A stretch of 41,203 nt of DNA from contig JALJEE010003229.1 of the NCBI GenBank assembly GCA_023231475.1, positions 1-41,203 of the forward strand, written 5' to 3'. The position numbers and the translations under genes were made by a program. The stretch is from Seison nebaliae (Eukaryota). How positions within the stretch are numbered: the first letter of the stretch is position 1; each line of letters opens with the position of its first letter. Shown here one piece after another: positions 14,201 through 27,100 of this stretch. A model generated the notes under the pieces. It made no database searches. It had not been told where the DNA came from and saw nothing but the letters and a program-made list of their open reading frames with translations.

Positions 14201-15050
14201 TTATCATCATCCTCCTCTTCCTCACATGGTTTCAATAATTCCGCCGATAATATTCACAATGATATTCATACGAACAACAATAATGGAATGTTCAATCAGA
14301 TGAACATGATGAGACAGATTGACAATTTAAGTAAAGATTCATCTCATACGACTCCTTTGAACAATCCAATACCGAACAACAATAACAACAACAAAAATAT
14401 AAATAATAATAATAATAATAATAATAATTCTGAGAAATATGATCAATGGAATTATCAGAAAGATAATGGTTTTGGTCAATTTCAACGATTTCCCTCCAAT
14501 AACAACATTAATAATAATAATAATAACAACAACAACAATAACAGTAATATATCCAATAGTCATCGTATGCCGATGGAAACGAATGTGTTGTTGAATACGA
14601 TGGATCATATGGCGAAATATTTACAAATGTGTCGATCCAATAATCATATGTCGAATACGAATATGTTCGTTCAATCTCCAATGATTAATTCAGACCAACA
14701 AACCAATTCGTTCATGTTGGAAGAGAGTGACAATAATTGTCCGAACGTTATTGCTCCCAATATGAGTCGAGCGATTACTTCCCCGTCGAGACATCGTGAA
14801 TCACCGTCATCTTTGGCTTGGATGAGAAAATGTCCATTTGGTAAATCGATGGAGAAGTTTCCCAATCGTCACGATCCCAATGACATTCCCTCCCAAAACA
14901 TCAATAACAACAACAGTAATAATGAGAATAATCGACAACAAATCTTCTCTCCAACAAGAAAGAATGATACAAAGAATGATTCAAATGGATTATTATCGGA
15001 AACAAATATTTTATCTGAAAACAACAATACTACTACTACTATTACAACAA

Positions 15051-15082
<32 letters not shown>

Positions 15083-18000
15083 TCAAATAATAATTCAAAT
15101 AATAATAATGATCATTCGAGAATGTTTAATGGAAATAATCGAAATGTTTATTCTCAAGATTCCACCAATCTCTTAATTGATACATCCGAACAATCGTCAT
15201 TACAACCGAATTTGAATTATTCGAATGGATATCATCATTCGAAACAATTCTCCAATTTTCATTCATTAAGTAGAGACGATACGGCCAAATCTCAATTGGT
15301 TAATATGGCATACACTCCTCAACAAGCTGTTCAGTCGACAATGCCATTGAATAACACGTCATCGCTACCCAATTCCATACGATATCATAACTTATCTCAA
15401 TCCCAACATCCATTGCACATGTCAGCGGATAAGATGTCAAATATCCCGAAGAATTTCCAACAACCATCTCAAATAATCTCGAGTCAGAAAGATCCAAGAT
15501 ATTTTATGAATTTATTTGATGATCCACAATATTCACAATATGCACGAGCAGTTCTCTCATCCACCACATCGACTGAGAAGAAAATGGCCATGTCTCTCCG
15601 AACGAATTACGACGAATCGTTTCCTTTCTCTCCACCTCATCGTATGGGAATTTTTTCTTCTGGAGTTCACAACTCTATCTCCACCACCACAGCCAACAAT
15701 AATAATGTGGCGGGAGTAGTGAAAGATAATAAATCGATGTTCAATTCTAATGATTTGTCCACTCCTCTCCATTCGCCAAGTAAAATGAATACATCGCCAA
15801 ACCGTCACGATGATTATTATCGAACTTATTCGGATGACTTGAACGACGGTTGTCCATATCATCGTCATCTCAATTCGCCTCTTCACAATCTCACAAATAT
15901 ACCACTCATCAAACAGAATAATTCAGCTTCTCTCCAATTTCCAAAGAATATGACTAACTCCTTCACCAAATATAGTCACCAGAAAATGAATTTAATTAAA
16001 CCGAATCCAATAGCCATGTTACCATCGATGCAAGTCCCTCCACCACGTCAATCTGTCCAACCATCGTCCATTTTGCCAATTCACGTATCTCTCCCACAGC
16101 CACCTGTCATTCAAGCGTCGGGTAACACTCGTATTTCCACTAGTTATAATCATTCGATTGATCCGTCAAACGGTTTCTATTTATTCCTTTCCATCTCTTA
16201 TTCTTCATTCTCTTTTCTTTTTTTTTTTTTTTTTGAATTAGGTGCCGATTTGATGACGCTCTTTAATAATGCGAAGTTGGTAATAATTTATTTTTAGAAA
16301 AATATTCTTTCTTTCTTTCTTTCTTTTTTTTGTACAGCGAATCGAAAAATTTGGGGATGGATGATCTTAATCTTCAACGTTCATGTAATCAGCAACTGAA
16401 AGATATTCGATCATCAATCGTCGAATATTCGAAAGATCAACATGGAAGTCGATTCATTCAACAGAAAATGGAGAAAGCATCAGACGAAGATATGCAATTG
16501 GTTTTCGATGAAATTTATCCTCAAGCACATACACTCATGACTGACGTTTTCGGAAATTACGTAATTCAAGTTCCCATTTATTTTCCCCATCTCATCCAAA
16601 CTAAATGGAATATGTTTATTTTTTCAAGAAATTTTTCGAATTTGGCAATCTAGAACATAAGAGGAAGTTTGCTGCTATCGTTAAAGGTAAAGTGTTGGAA
16701 TTGGCACTTCAGATGTATGGTTGTCGTGTCATTCAGAAAGCTTTGGAGTCGATGAGAAATCAAACCGAACAAGTTCACATTGTTGAAAAAATAAAAATGT
16801 TTGAATTTCTTTTTTTTTTAAAAAGGTGGAAATGGCACAGGAATTAAGAGGAAATGTAGTGAAGTGTATTATGGATCAAAATGGGAATCATGTCGTACAG
16901 AAATGTATAGAATGTTGTAATTCAAATAAGATCGATTTTATCATTGACGACGTATTGACACAAGTTTATTTCATTATTCTTTTCATCATATACTCTAAAT
17001 ATGATTGTTAGGTGGTGAAATTATCGACACATCCATATGGTTGTCGAGTAATTCAACGAGTATTGGAACATTGTTCAGAAGAGCAAGTGAAACCGATTCT
17101 CGACGATTTATATAATAATATGTTGACATTAGTTCAAGATCAATATGGTTCGATATTTTATTTTCTTCTTTTTTTCATCTGATATTTTTTTCTTTTAGGA
17201 AATTATGTTATCCAACATGTACTGGAACATGGACAAGCTGAAGATAGAGCTTCCATTATACGGAATTTGAGGAATCAGATTTTGGTAATGAGTCAACATA
17301 AATTTGCATCGAATGTCATTGAGAAATGTGTGACGTTCGGTTTGGCGAAAGAGCGTGATATTATCATGAATGAAATTTGTCATAAAAGTGAAGAGTTGGT
17401 GATAATTGTATATATAATTATATTCATTCATTATTCTCCTTTTCTTTTTAGTCCGAGTGCTACTTTATTTACGATGATGAAAGATCCTTATGCGAATTAT
17501 GTTATTCAGAAGATGCTGGATGTTTGTGATGATAATCAGAAGAAAGATCTTATTCGACACATTCGACCACATATTCCTGCACTCCGACGTTACAGTTATG
17601 GGAAGCATATCATCAATAAGATTGAACGATCCTTCCTCCAGAATCAGTCAGTAGAATATCGGAATCGGAATGTTCAAGAACGACCATTAGAATCGATAAT
17701 CGACGAACAATTGTCATTAAATGAGAATATCGTTAATAATCAAAATATATTGAACAATCATCCAAACAACAATAGTAATAACGTCTCCATTAATAACAAT
17801 AACAATGGACGAGTTATTAGGAATAGTAGACATAATATGAGGAAAACAAATAATAATTCTAACAACAACAACAACAACAACAGCAGCAATGTGGTGCAAT
17901 GTCATCAGATGAATAATAATAATAATAATAATCAAATAATGTCTAATGGAATGAGTAACAATAACAACAACAACAATAGCAACAACATTGTGAGTAATCA

Positions 18001-18535
18001 CAACAACAATTGTTCATTGAATTATGGAAATGGGAATAATAGTACGTCGATGAATTTGAATTATAATTTGAATGGTAATAATGTTGAAATGAAACCCGAA
18101 TCATTACTTCACGATCCAGATGCATTTCCTAAATATTCTGCTCAACCGGTGAGCACGCATTCATCTTCGATGGCCTCCACTACATCCACAGTTACTGTAT
18201 CGGCATCCAATAATAATATGTCGAATAATTCGTCGTCATCTTCTTCCTCACCATCTACCAACACTAATCAGATGAGATATAATAATGTTCTTGTTACCAG
18301 TCTCTCATCCGCATCCACTGTCGGAATCAATTCGATGAATAAACGGAGAACGAATAATAATAATAATAATAATAATAATAACGGATTGGCAATAGGCGGA
18401 GAGAGAACAACAGAGAATCAATGGAATCGATCAATAAATGATTCGCATGTTCGTCGGATGTGGGGTGGTGGTAATGGTGAGAATAAGATGAGTTATTCCA
18501 ATGTATCATCTATCAAAAGTAAATCGAAGAATTGA
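11260..18535 (+). CDS. pum: Pumilio/PUF-family RNA-binding translational repressor (~2267 aa) with long N/Q/H/S low-complexity regions
   Basis: Model: join(11260..11262 [tentative ATG exon],11336..16172,16242..16275,16338..16569,16629..16772,16826..16963,17012..17147,17199..17394,17452..18535) = 6804 nt, in frame. Splicing restores eight PUF repeats with recognition motifs SRFIQ, NYVIQ, CRVIQ, NHVVQ, CRVIQ, NYVIQ, SNVIE, NYVIQ, plus the closing [11 protein letters not shown] helix. The start exon is uncertain. Confidence 0.95.
15053..15110 (+). repeat. Coding (AAT)n poly-Asn tract, one of many in pum (others near 12470, 12630, 14400, 14510, 17910, 18350)
   Basis: Direct read; in frame with the long ORF. 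Confidence 0.9.
16400..17635 (+). other. PUM-HD (8 PUF repeats) split by five short introns
   Basis: Runs from [17 protein letters not shown] to [17 protein letters not shown]...KHIINKIE. Introns inside the domain: 16570-16628, 16773-16825, 16964-17011, 17148-17198, 17395-17451. Confidence 0.93.
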
Positions 18536-21069
18536 AGGTCGAAAACGTTCTTCTGATTATCACATATCCACTTATCTATCATCATCCATCAAATATTAAG
18601 ACGATTGATATGAAGAAAAGAAAGACTTTCTCATTATCATATAATAACCACGATCGTCATCATCAAACTATTTATTATTTTAACGTTTCTCCAAATTGTT
18701 ATATTTTGTAATCATAATCGGTTTTTTTCTCTTCTCTTTTCTAAATTTCTTCAATTTCTAAATCATGTCATGATTGAAATGTTTCGACTCAAATCATTTA
18801 TCTCTAACACTCTCCCCATCTATTTCTCTCTTCTTTTTATTCAACAAGCAAACAACCGTCATCGTTATAACCAATAACACACACATATACGCACGCAAAC
18901 ACACACACACGTACGCACATGCGCCCACTCTTAAAAGGTAACAAACAAGATCAGTAATTATGAGAATTTGATGGAAATGAATATCATTCACTGATATGAA
19001 ATGTCTAAAAGAAAGGATTCATCAATTAACCTGTGGCTCACAAAATAAGATGACATGCAGAAAAACATGCACTAGATTTTTTCCATCAAACCTCTATTCT
19101 TCGACGTGAATTCTTCTATATTTACTCTCTCTTTCAAATCATCTCTAACAAGAAAAACAACAAACAACGGAATGTTTCCCATACATTTCCAACATATATA
19201 TTTTACGACAGTAATAATTTTTCTAACATAAAAATTCGGTTATAAATAATTAACTTTTATTCAATATTAATCAATCCTACATAATATGTATATCCTCGTC
19301 TCCTGAATACAATTCGCCAATTTTCTTCTTTCTCCATCCATCTCTCATCCCGTCTCTCTCTCTTTCTCTCTTTTTCTCTCTTTGGTCTATTAATGGAAAG
19401 AAAAATATTACTTGAAATAATCATCATAAATTTTAATCTATTTACATGTTGTTCAAACCAATCCTTTATCTTCCTCCTCATTCATAACTTCCTTATTCTA
19501 TTTTATGTAGTTCATGTGCAAACGTTAATTCATTCACATATGAACAATTCGATCTTCTTCATGCATCACACGATTCTTATTTAATATTCTTATTTTCGAT
19601 CCAATATTCGTCTCCGTCAACCACATTTTCAAATAACTCGTCAAATGTTATCGATTCAAATGATATTCTGATGAAGTTTCTCTGCCGTTTCTTTCTCCAT
19701 CATCCACATCTATCGTCCCACCAGAATCATTATTTATTTTGGTGTCGAATGGATGTCAGTTGACAATGATGATATTAATAGAAACAGAAGATTATCGAAA
19801 TTTCACAGATGAATGGGAGGGAATAGTAGATATGGATATAATAATTTTAAATGTAAATCAATTCTCCTTTGAAAAAATTTTAAAGGAAAAATCGACATTT
19901 ATTTTCTCTCATCTTTATCTTATCGTTTGAACGATTTCCTTCATATCCGACTTAATTATTGATTATTGATAATTAAATTCATTTTATTTTATTTATTCTT
20001 CCAATTGTCCGATCATCAAATCAGACAATGGATCCATGTATGATACTTAACCGTCGTTTGTTCCTCTCCATTGAGAAGTTGAACATAATTTCTGAAAAAA
20101 TTTCCCCATTTCCCTCCTATATCTTTCTTCCCCATTTTCTTTCGGAATAGAAATTATTTTGTTAATTTTCCAATTACAATTCGAAAGACTTCTCGTTGAT
20201 CCTCCAGTATCGAAAGATGAGAGTTACGGGTATGATCGATTATCAATGTATCTATGTAATTATCTGCATTTTCTTTTGATTTCTACATGCAACTTATTTT
20301 CATGCAGTAGAATATACCACATAAATATAAATATTTTTTCCAAATGAAATTTCTCTCCGCAAAAATCAATAATCTTCTCCATATTCTTTTGCTAATTATT
20401 TTATAAATACTTCTTTTTATCGATTTCTCTATTCTTTCTTTTCTCGAATTGAATTATTGTCTTCTCACGTTACATGCGAGAGTGTTGTATATATTTTGAA
20501 GGATGACATATGTTTATGATTCACGTCCTTTCTACATAACTGCTCATTTCACTATTCAGAGAATCGTTTCCTCATTTCCATTGGACAATTTTACAAGTGG
20601 TCGATGAAAGAATTCGTCGTTAATAAAAATACACATAAATTCGTCATATGTTATGAACGTGGAAATGTGTGTTTAATTGTCGTTTGAAAGAATTATGAAG
20701 ATTGCGAATAAGAAAATTCTCGTATAATCCGTTTATGTTATTTCTTTATCGAAATCAAAATGAAATTTGAATGAATCTATAAATCCAATTCTTTCATTTC
20801 CATTAAAAAGATATCATTCACCTAATTTATATTTTTGATGAATTCTTTCTTCTACTTCTCCGTGACATTTCCCCTCCAACGTCTCCATCAATTAACTCAC
20901 GTCGTCAGCTCATCATAAATAATACTATTGTACAAACTGAATTCGAATGTATTTAAAGACCGATTAATTATTTTTCTTTCCATATTTAATATTGATTTCT
21001 TTAAAATAAATAAAATTTAGTTTCTATCTATAAAATTAGTCTAATTCCTGTTATATAATAATATTTACA

Positions 21070-22130
21070 TTTTTTTTTTTTATTATGATATAAAATCTCC
21101 TCGTGGTAAATTAAAAAGAAAAAAAGATAATTGGCTGTACAGATTATCGTTAATAAGTTCTCTTTCAATATCGATTTCACTTCGTAGATAATTCGGGATA
21201 AGAGAAGTAATGTTGTCAAAATTGGAAGTAATATGAAGGCCTTCATCTAAAGAATGAGGAACTTCCAACGAATAATAGAAAGAAAAAAATTTAATCGGAG
21301 TAAAAAAATGATTACACTTTGTATATGCTGGAGATGATAATTTAGAATCTTTATTAGAAAGAATTATGTTCAAATACCGTTGAGCAATAAGAAGAGGAAA
21401 AGGCTAACATGAGTGACCTCTTAAACGGTTCGCATCAACCCAAAAGTAAACGAATTGTTCTATTATATGTTCGATCGAGACATAACAGTGATTTATGAGT
21501 GTTAGACATAGATACGGCTAGTCCATAGAAATCGCAATAATAGGTGACAAATAGCTTCAACTTCAATTGAATCAAGAAATATTTACAACGATGATAGAAT
21601 GAATAAAAAGATCTTACAAAAAACATTGTAAAACCAAATAGTTCCCTTGTTAGGAACTTACATCTAATTTCATTTATAGTTGCATCACACTTCTTCTTAC
21701 TATCAACTTTCATTCCCAGAAAACACACATTCTTGTCAACTAACTTTCTGATATTCTTCTCCTATCGTTGGAAGAGAAATATTAGTTAAGACTCTGGATT
21801 TATCTCCATAACAAACGATACATTTTCGAGTAATCGGGAACGTACAAATTCAATCCTTTTCTTGTACTCACTCGAATTATTGGAGCAAATGACGATGTCA
21901 TCAGCATATGCGAAGACCGATGGATAACTGGCATCACCAATTTTAAAAGAAAAAATATTATTTGCATCTAAAAAAACTTCATCGATAATTCTTCCAAAAA
22001 TCCATGGAACAAGTATCGAACCTTCTCTTACTCCTTTGTTGATAGTGAACACTGACGACAATACTGACAAGTTTACTGTGAATTGTGTTTAATAATACCA
22101 TAAAAATTCGTGCAAATTTTACTTATGAAT
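21070..22130 (-). mobile_element. 5'-truncated non-LTR retrotransposon copy (RT C-terminal half, 3' region, poly-A tail)
   Basis: FTINKGVREGSILVPWIFG...FAYADDIVIC and RSFYSFYHR...KLKLFVTYYCDFYG...LDRTYNRTIRLLLG align with the copy at 2178-2795. On the minus strand it ends in CATAAT followed by A12 (T-run at 21070-21081). Confidence 0.9.
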
Positions 22131-23142
22131 CGTAAACAATATTCATCCATTCCATATTCATCCAATATTTTTAGTTCGACACGACGAAATGAAGAATTTG
22201 AGAAGAATAAGTAGGGGTGATGTTCCTCTAATTTTAAGTCGAATTTCTTTGGAATTTACGGAAGAAAATTTTACGGAAAAAAAAATGAAAAATATTTCTC
22301 ACCAAAATCGTCCAACTGAATCTCAACTGTAAGGAAAAATTGTGCGCGCTCGAAATGAACATAAATAGGATAGAATTTTAGTGTAAAGTGACCGAATTAG
22401 TTTTAAAATATTTTTTCATTTTTCAATTTGAGAATGTGAATGGGGGTAAAGCCTGAACGAATTGAAGAATTCGGCCCCCATTCAGTTCCATCCAAGAATT
22501 TGAGAAGGTTAATCTTGACATATTTTTATTTTAATAATATATTTCAAATTCCATTGTAGAAATTCTGAGGATTTTGAAGAAGAAATCGGAGAGAAATGGG
22601 ACGATTGGATACCATGAAGTTACATTGAGATTTTGACAATATGTTCATTCATTCGAACAGGTGATGGTATCCATTCGAGGTCCGGAATCATTAGCCCTTC
22701 ACAGGCTAAGTGATTGGACACCAACTGGGAGGCTTGATTGTCTCTAAAAAAAAAGGTGGATTCTAAAAATATTCTCGCTGGAATCTGAGAATAAAAATTT
22801 ATCCATTCCACAACATCAGGGGACGATCAATATTTTTCCTTCCATATGGTAATCTACAAGATATGATAATATTTTATTGTTCTTTTCTTGGCTATACCAA
22901 TTCCATATACTTATATTTACTCTATATACTTCTGCTTCTTTCTCTCCCTATGCGATTATTGGATGGAATTTGTTTAATTCAGATAAAAACAGACTGCAAA
23001 TAATATTCAAAGATTTCTTATTAATTTAATTTCATGTACAATAAATTTTTCTTGTAACAAAATAACTAATTTTTAATTAAAATTCAACATATATTTTTTT
23101 TCAATTTTGAGAAATTCTAAAAATAATTGACAATTGGAATTT

Positions 23143-23330
23143 TGACATATCATTGATGACTCATCGTCTTCATAACGGTAATAATGACATGTCACAATTT
23201 GAAAAAACGGTTAAGATGACGAATCATAATTCTTCGATTGTTATGATGACACGTCATAGATATGGACTTCTTTCAGTTATTATTTCAACCATTCCAATCA
23301 TGACACGTCATAACTTGTTGATGACACATT
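23143..23330. repeat. Cluster of five TGACNNNTCA palindrome-like motifs (degenerate short-period array)
   Basis: TGACATATCA at 23143, TGACATGTCA at 23185, TGACGAATCA at 23217, TGACACGTCA at 23247 and 23301. Also TGACTCA at 23157 and a half site at 23322. Confidence 0.7.
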
Positions 23331-24141
23331 CTTAGGGGAAGAATATCGTCTATTAATATGAAAGAGAGTTAAAGTTAATTCAGAAGAAATTAAGAAAATT
23401 TACCAATTACTATTCTGCAAGAGAGAAGTTGTCTCATTGGTATTGGAGTGGGAGGAAAGGAGGAACATGAGCGACATGTGCTTCTAACAATGGAGAAGTA
23501 CAAAATGAAGCATCAATTCTTCAAGAAAATGTTCCTTTCTCCATCCCGAGATTACTACCAGTGAAAATTGTTAAGAAATCAAATATTTGCGCTAAGACCA
23601 ATTCTGTTTCTTTCCAACCAGATCTATTTTGTAAATAGCCATAAAACTTTCATAGATTCTACTCACCTAAATTGTTATGGTAAAAAGAACGAAATATATC
23701 GAATTGGTTCAATATATTCTCGCACATTTGCATAAATTTCCTACCAAATCTCAATCAGTTTTTTAGTTGTAAAAATTATAGTTTATTCTTATTCAAATAA
23801 AATTTAATTTAACATAACATAAACAAAAACTTTCATTTTTATAATTCACATTATTGGAATTATTAATAAAAAAACTTATGAATAAAAATTAAATTTAAAT
23901 ACCGATATGGAATTAGAATCTAATGATAATAAATGACTTGTGACTAAATGATATTGTTAGTCTAAAACATTTACATACGGAAATTAAGAGACCAAATGGC
24001 AAAATCGTAAGCTGATCAATCGTTTTGTATTGGGTATGTTATCATTGTGATTGATTGTGTAATGGGGGAGAGAGATAGAGATGATTTGGAAAGGAAAGCC
24101 TTCGTCCAATAAATTTATGGAGATATTAAGAGGAGGTGCTG

Positions 24142-27100
24142 ATGGAGAAATGTTACTTCAAATGTGTGAAGAAGGCGAGTTGTCTGGACGTGGAGTTGCC
24201 AGCTGAATTGTTTAATGAGAATGAAAAAGTGATCATTAATCGGCATGAGAATGATTTTGATAATTATTCGATGATCTACGTTATGAAAGTGAAGAAGAAG
24301 AATTTGACTTCCGAATTGGGAAACGATACCATTTCCATTCCCACCAACATCTACAAGAGCTTCTTCGAACAATCGAATGTGACGAATTCAGGAATGACAA
24401 ATGAGAACGTACAGAATTTTTATTCCATCTCCAAAGTGAATGATGTGAGAATGCCAAAAGCATTTTGTGCCGATTTGGTGGAAGTGACAATTTGTCAACA
24501 TTTCGTTAGTCGTAGTGACATGTATCGCTTAGTTCAATTTCAATTACGTGACTCATTCGTTCGCGTCAATTTGAGTAGTATGTTCGACGGACTCTATTTC
24601 ACCATAACAGAAATTTGGAGTGAGAATGTTAACGTGTCATTGGGATATGTAGACGAGGAGACGAATATCGTTTTCCGTTGTCAAACGGAAGCATATCAAA
24701 TCTTCATACAGATGAGTGCAGAGATGTGGCAAGTTGATACCAATTCCAATCTCGTTATGGAGACGACAGCTGATGGTTTCTTTCACGATCTCTTCCAATT
24801 ATGGAAGAATGAGAAATGTTCACATTATGTGACGATGGCATTATTCTCTCGAATATTTTTTGATGCGACACATATCGATGAATTCCCATTGAATAAAGTG
24901 AGTGAAGTTCAAGAATTGAATGTTTTAGAGAATGGAAATCGAAGGAAGCGATTATTTTATCAAGATCATTATTATGTTTTATATGAGAATTGTCGATTTG
25001 ATGATTGGTTACCAAAAGTGATCGATTTAAAACGTCATATGATGACATATAAGGAACATATGCAACAAGAATTGGAAGGAATGCCATCATGGAGAATATC
25101 GTATGCGATGGAAGGCAATTTCCTCGAAACATTAAATATCGCTCTAAACACATTCGAATTACAATCAGTGGATCGAATGTTCAATCGGACTGGTAATCTT
25201 TCTGTCGTCGTTACACCTGGTTGTGGTGTCTTTAAATATATCGATCGCGATCTTAATCGAATCACTCGACAACGATATATCGATATGGGAGTGGGAGCGG
25301 ATTTAGTTTGTATTGGCGAACAACCGTTACATGCTGTACCGTTATTCATTTTGAAGGAATCGATTCGATCATCAAATCATCAAATCTTTCTTCAATCAAC
25401 ATCAATGACGAATATTAATGCTCCAAATACGTGTGGACGAAATGATTCATTGGAGAAAGGTTTCTTCCAAACTGATGGAATCGATCTTTTCAAATGGAAT
25501 AATCATAAAAATGATAATCATTGTGATCAAATTAGTAAGAAATGTCCATATTTAAATGGAACGAAATCGAAAATATTCGATGGAATGAATGATCTGGAGA
25601 TGTTGGATACGACAAGTGGAATGAATTTCACCGTTCCTCATTGGTGTAATTTATCGTTCTACACGAAAGATTCCACATATCGTCGTTGTGTGAGAACGTT
25701 TATTCCTCGAATAAAAATCCATCAAAGATCGATACATATCGATGAATCATCACATCAACTTATCAATCAATACATTTCCTCTATCGAAAATTCGATAAAT
25801 GACGAAAATTATGATTCATCTCATCGTACGAAAGGGAATGATATGGAATCAGATCAAAAATTCGATCATTCAACAATGGAATTGAAGAGGAAACAAATTT
25901 CATTTGAACTTGATGAAAGAATTAGTCGAACGAATTCAGTTGATATGAAACATTTGAAATTACCACCAATGCCATCATTCGGTACTAAAATGAAAATAGA
26001 GAGGAAGAGCAGTTTCTTCAAACATCGAAAAAATACAGAATTTAATATAAATTTCGATCGTGAAATTTGTCGAATTCCAATGGAAGATATGAGAAATCAT
26101 CATAATACAACATCGTCCGTTATCGATTATAGTTCAATCAATTCCAAATCTCGATCATTGACATCATTATTGAAACCGAAAATTGATAATTATTTATATG
26201 ATATTAATGAATATCAATTTCTCAATTGTCCAACAATTCGTCAATTAGAAGTGAAGAAGAATCGAAATAATAATTGTCAATTAATCATTCATCCGGTGCA
26301 AGACGGACGACCAAATAAGAAATCTTCGAGAGCACTCTCTGGTCATGAAGGCGTCTTTCCTCTCCATAACGACAACTTTGAACAATCATTTTCATTTGAT
26401 GGTGAAGATGAAATTTTTGGTCATTTCAATTATCATCAATTATCGCGTGAGGAACGTCGTGAACGATTGCCTCATTTTAAAAAGTTATTGGAATTAGCAA
26501 ATGGAGATAAAACGTCAAAATATCGAAATATCAATTATTGCCCTTTTTTGACGGAGAATCTTCGAAATTCAACTACTGATGAAATGAAGAAATTATATGA
26601 TAAATTATTAAATCGTTATTTAGTTGATGAGAAATCGTCCGTTTCATCATCATCTGCTCGTTCATATGATATTTATATGAGAAGGAATGATTTTGATTTT
26701 CTTCGAAATATCGGACGACGATTACCACAACCTTATCCCAAACAGAGATGTCCATGTCAACGACGGAAATGTATTTCAGAAAGTGAACGATTCGTTCCGG
26801 TGAAATATGAGGATGAAGATGGTGCTGAAATTCCAGAGAAAGTAGAGAAACGTCCAGATTTAGAAAATAAATTAAAAACATTCACACGTTATCCAGAACG
26901 AAGGAATAGTACTCAATTATTGACGACCGTTTCAAATTCGACGAATTCGTCATCTATTTCATCAGAGAATTCTTTCGGATTAAAACCTGTCAATGATTCC
27001 TCATCTTATGGTACTTATCAACGAACATCATCATCTAATGTAATGCCATCATCCTCCTCAATTCGATCCTCTTCTTCCTCATCATCAACTTCATGTCCTG

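Noticed and set aside
11371..18509. Many antisense or alternate-frame ORFs rich in Y, I, V, C or D
   Set aside because: They are shadows of AAT/CAT/AAC repeats in the pum coding sequence.
18536..21000. Pumilio autoregulation via 3' UTR elements
   Set aside because: I saw only one TGTANATA (20486-20493), about 2 kb past the stop. That is roughly the chance expectation at this AT content, and it may lie outside the UTR.
21040..22170. Target-site duplication around the second LINE copy
   Set aside because: Only short AT-rich partial matches were found, which are not convincing.
22615..22870. Selenoprotein or TGA recoding in the TGA-rich frame
   Set aside because: A TAA also interrupts the frame, no SECIS or redox motif was seen, and pum uses TGA as an ordinary stop. 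Pseudogene decay is the simpler explanation.
23143..23330. CRISPR-like repeat-spacer array
   Set aside because: The repeats are only 10-13 nt, degenerate and irregularly spaced; the context is eukaryotic and there are no cas genes.
24131..24144. AGGAGG Shine-Dalgarno-like motif before the DEPDC5 ATG
   Set aside because: DEPDC5 is a eukaryote-specific gene, so this is a chance purine run.
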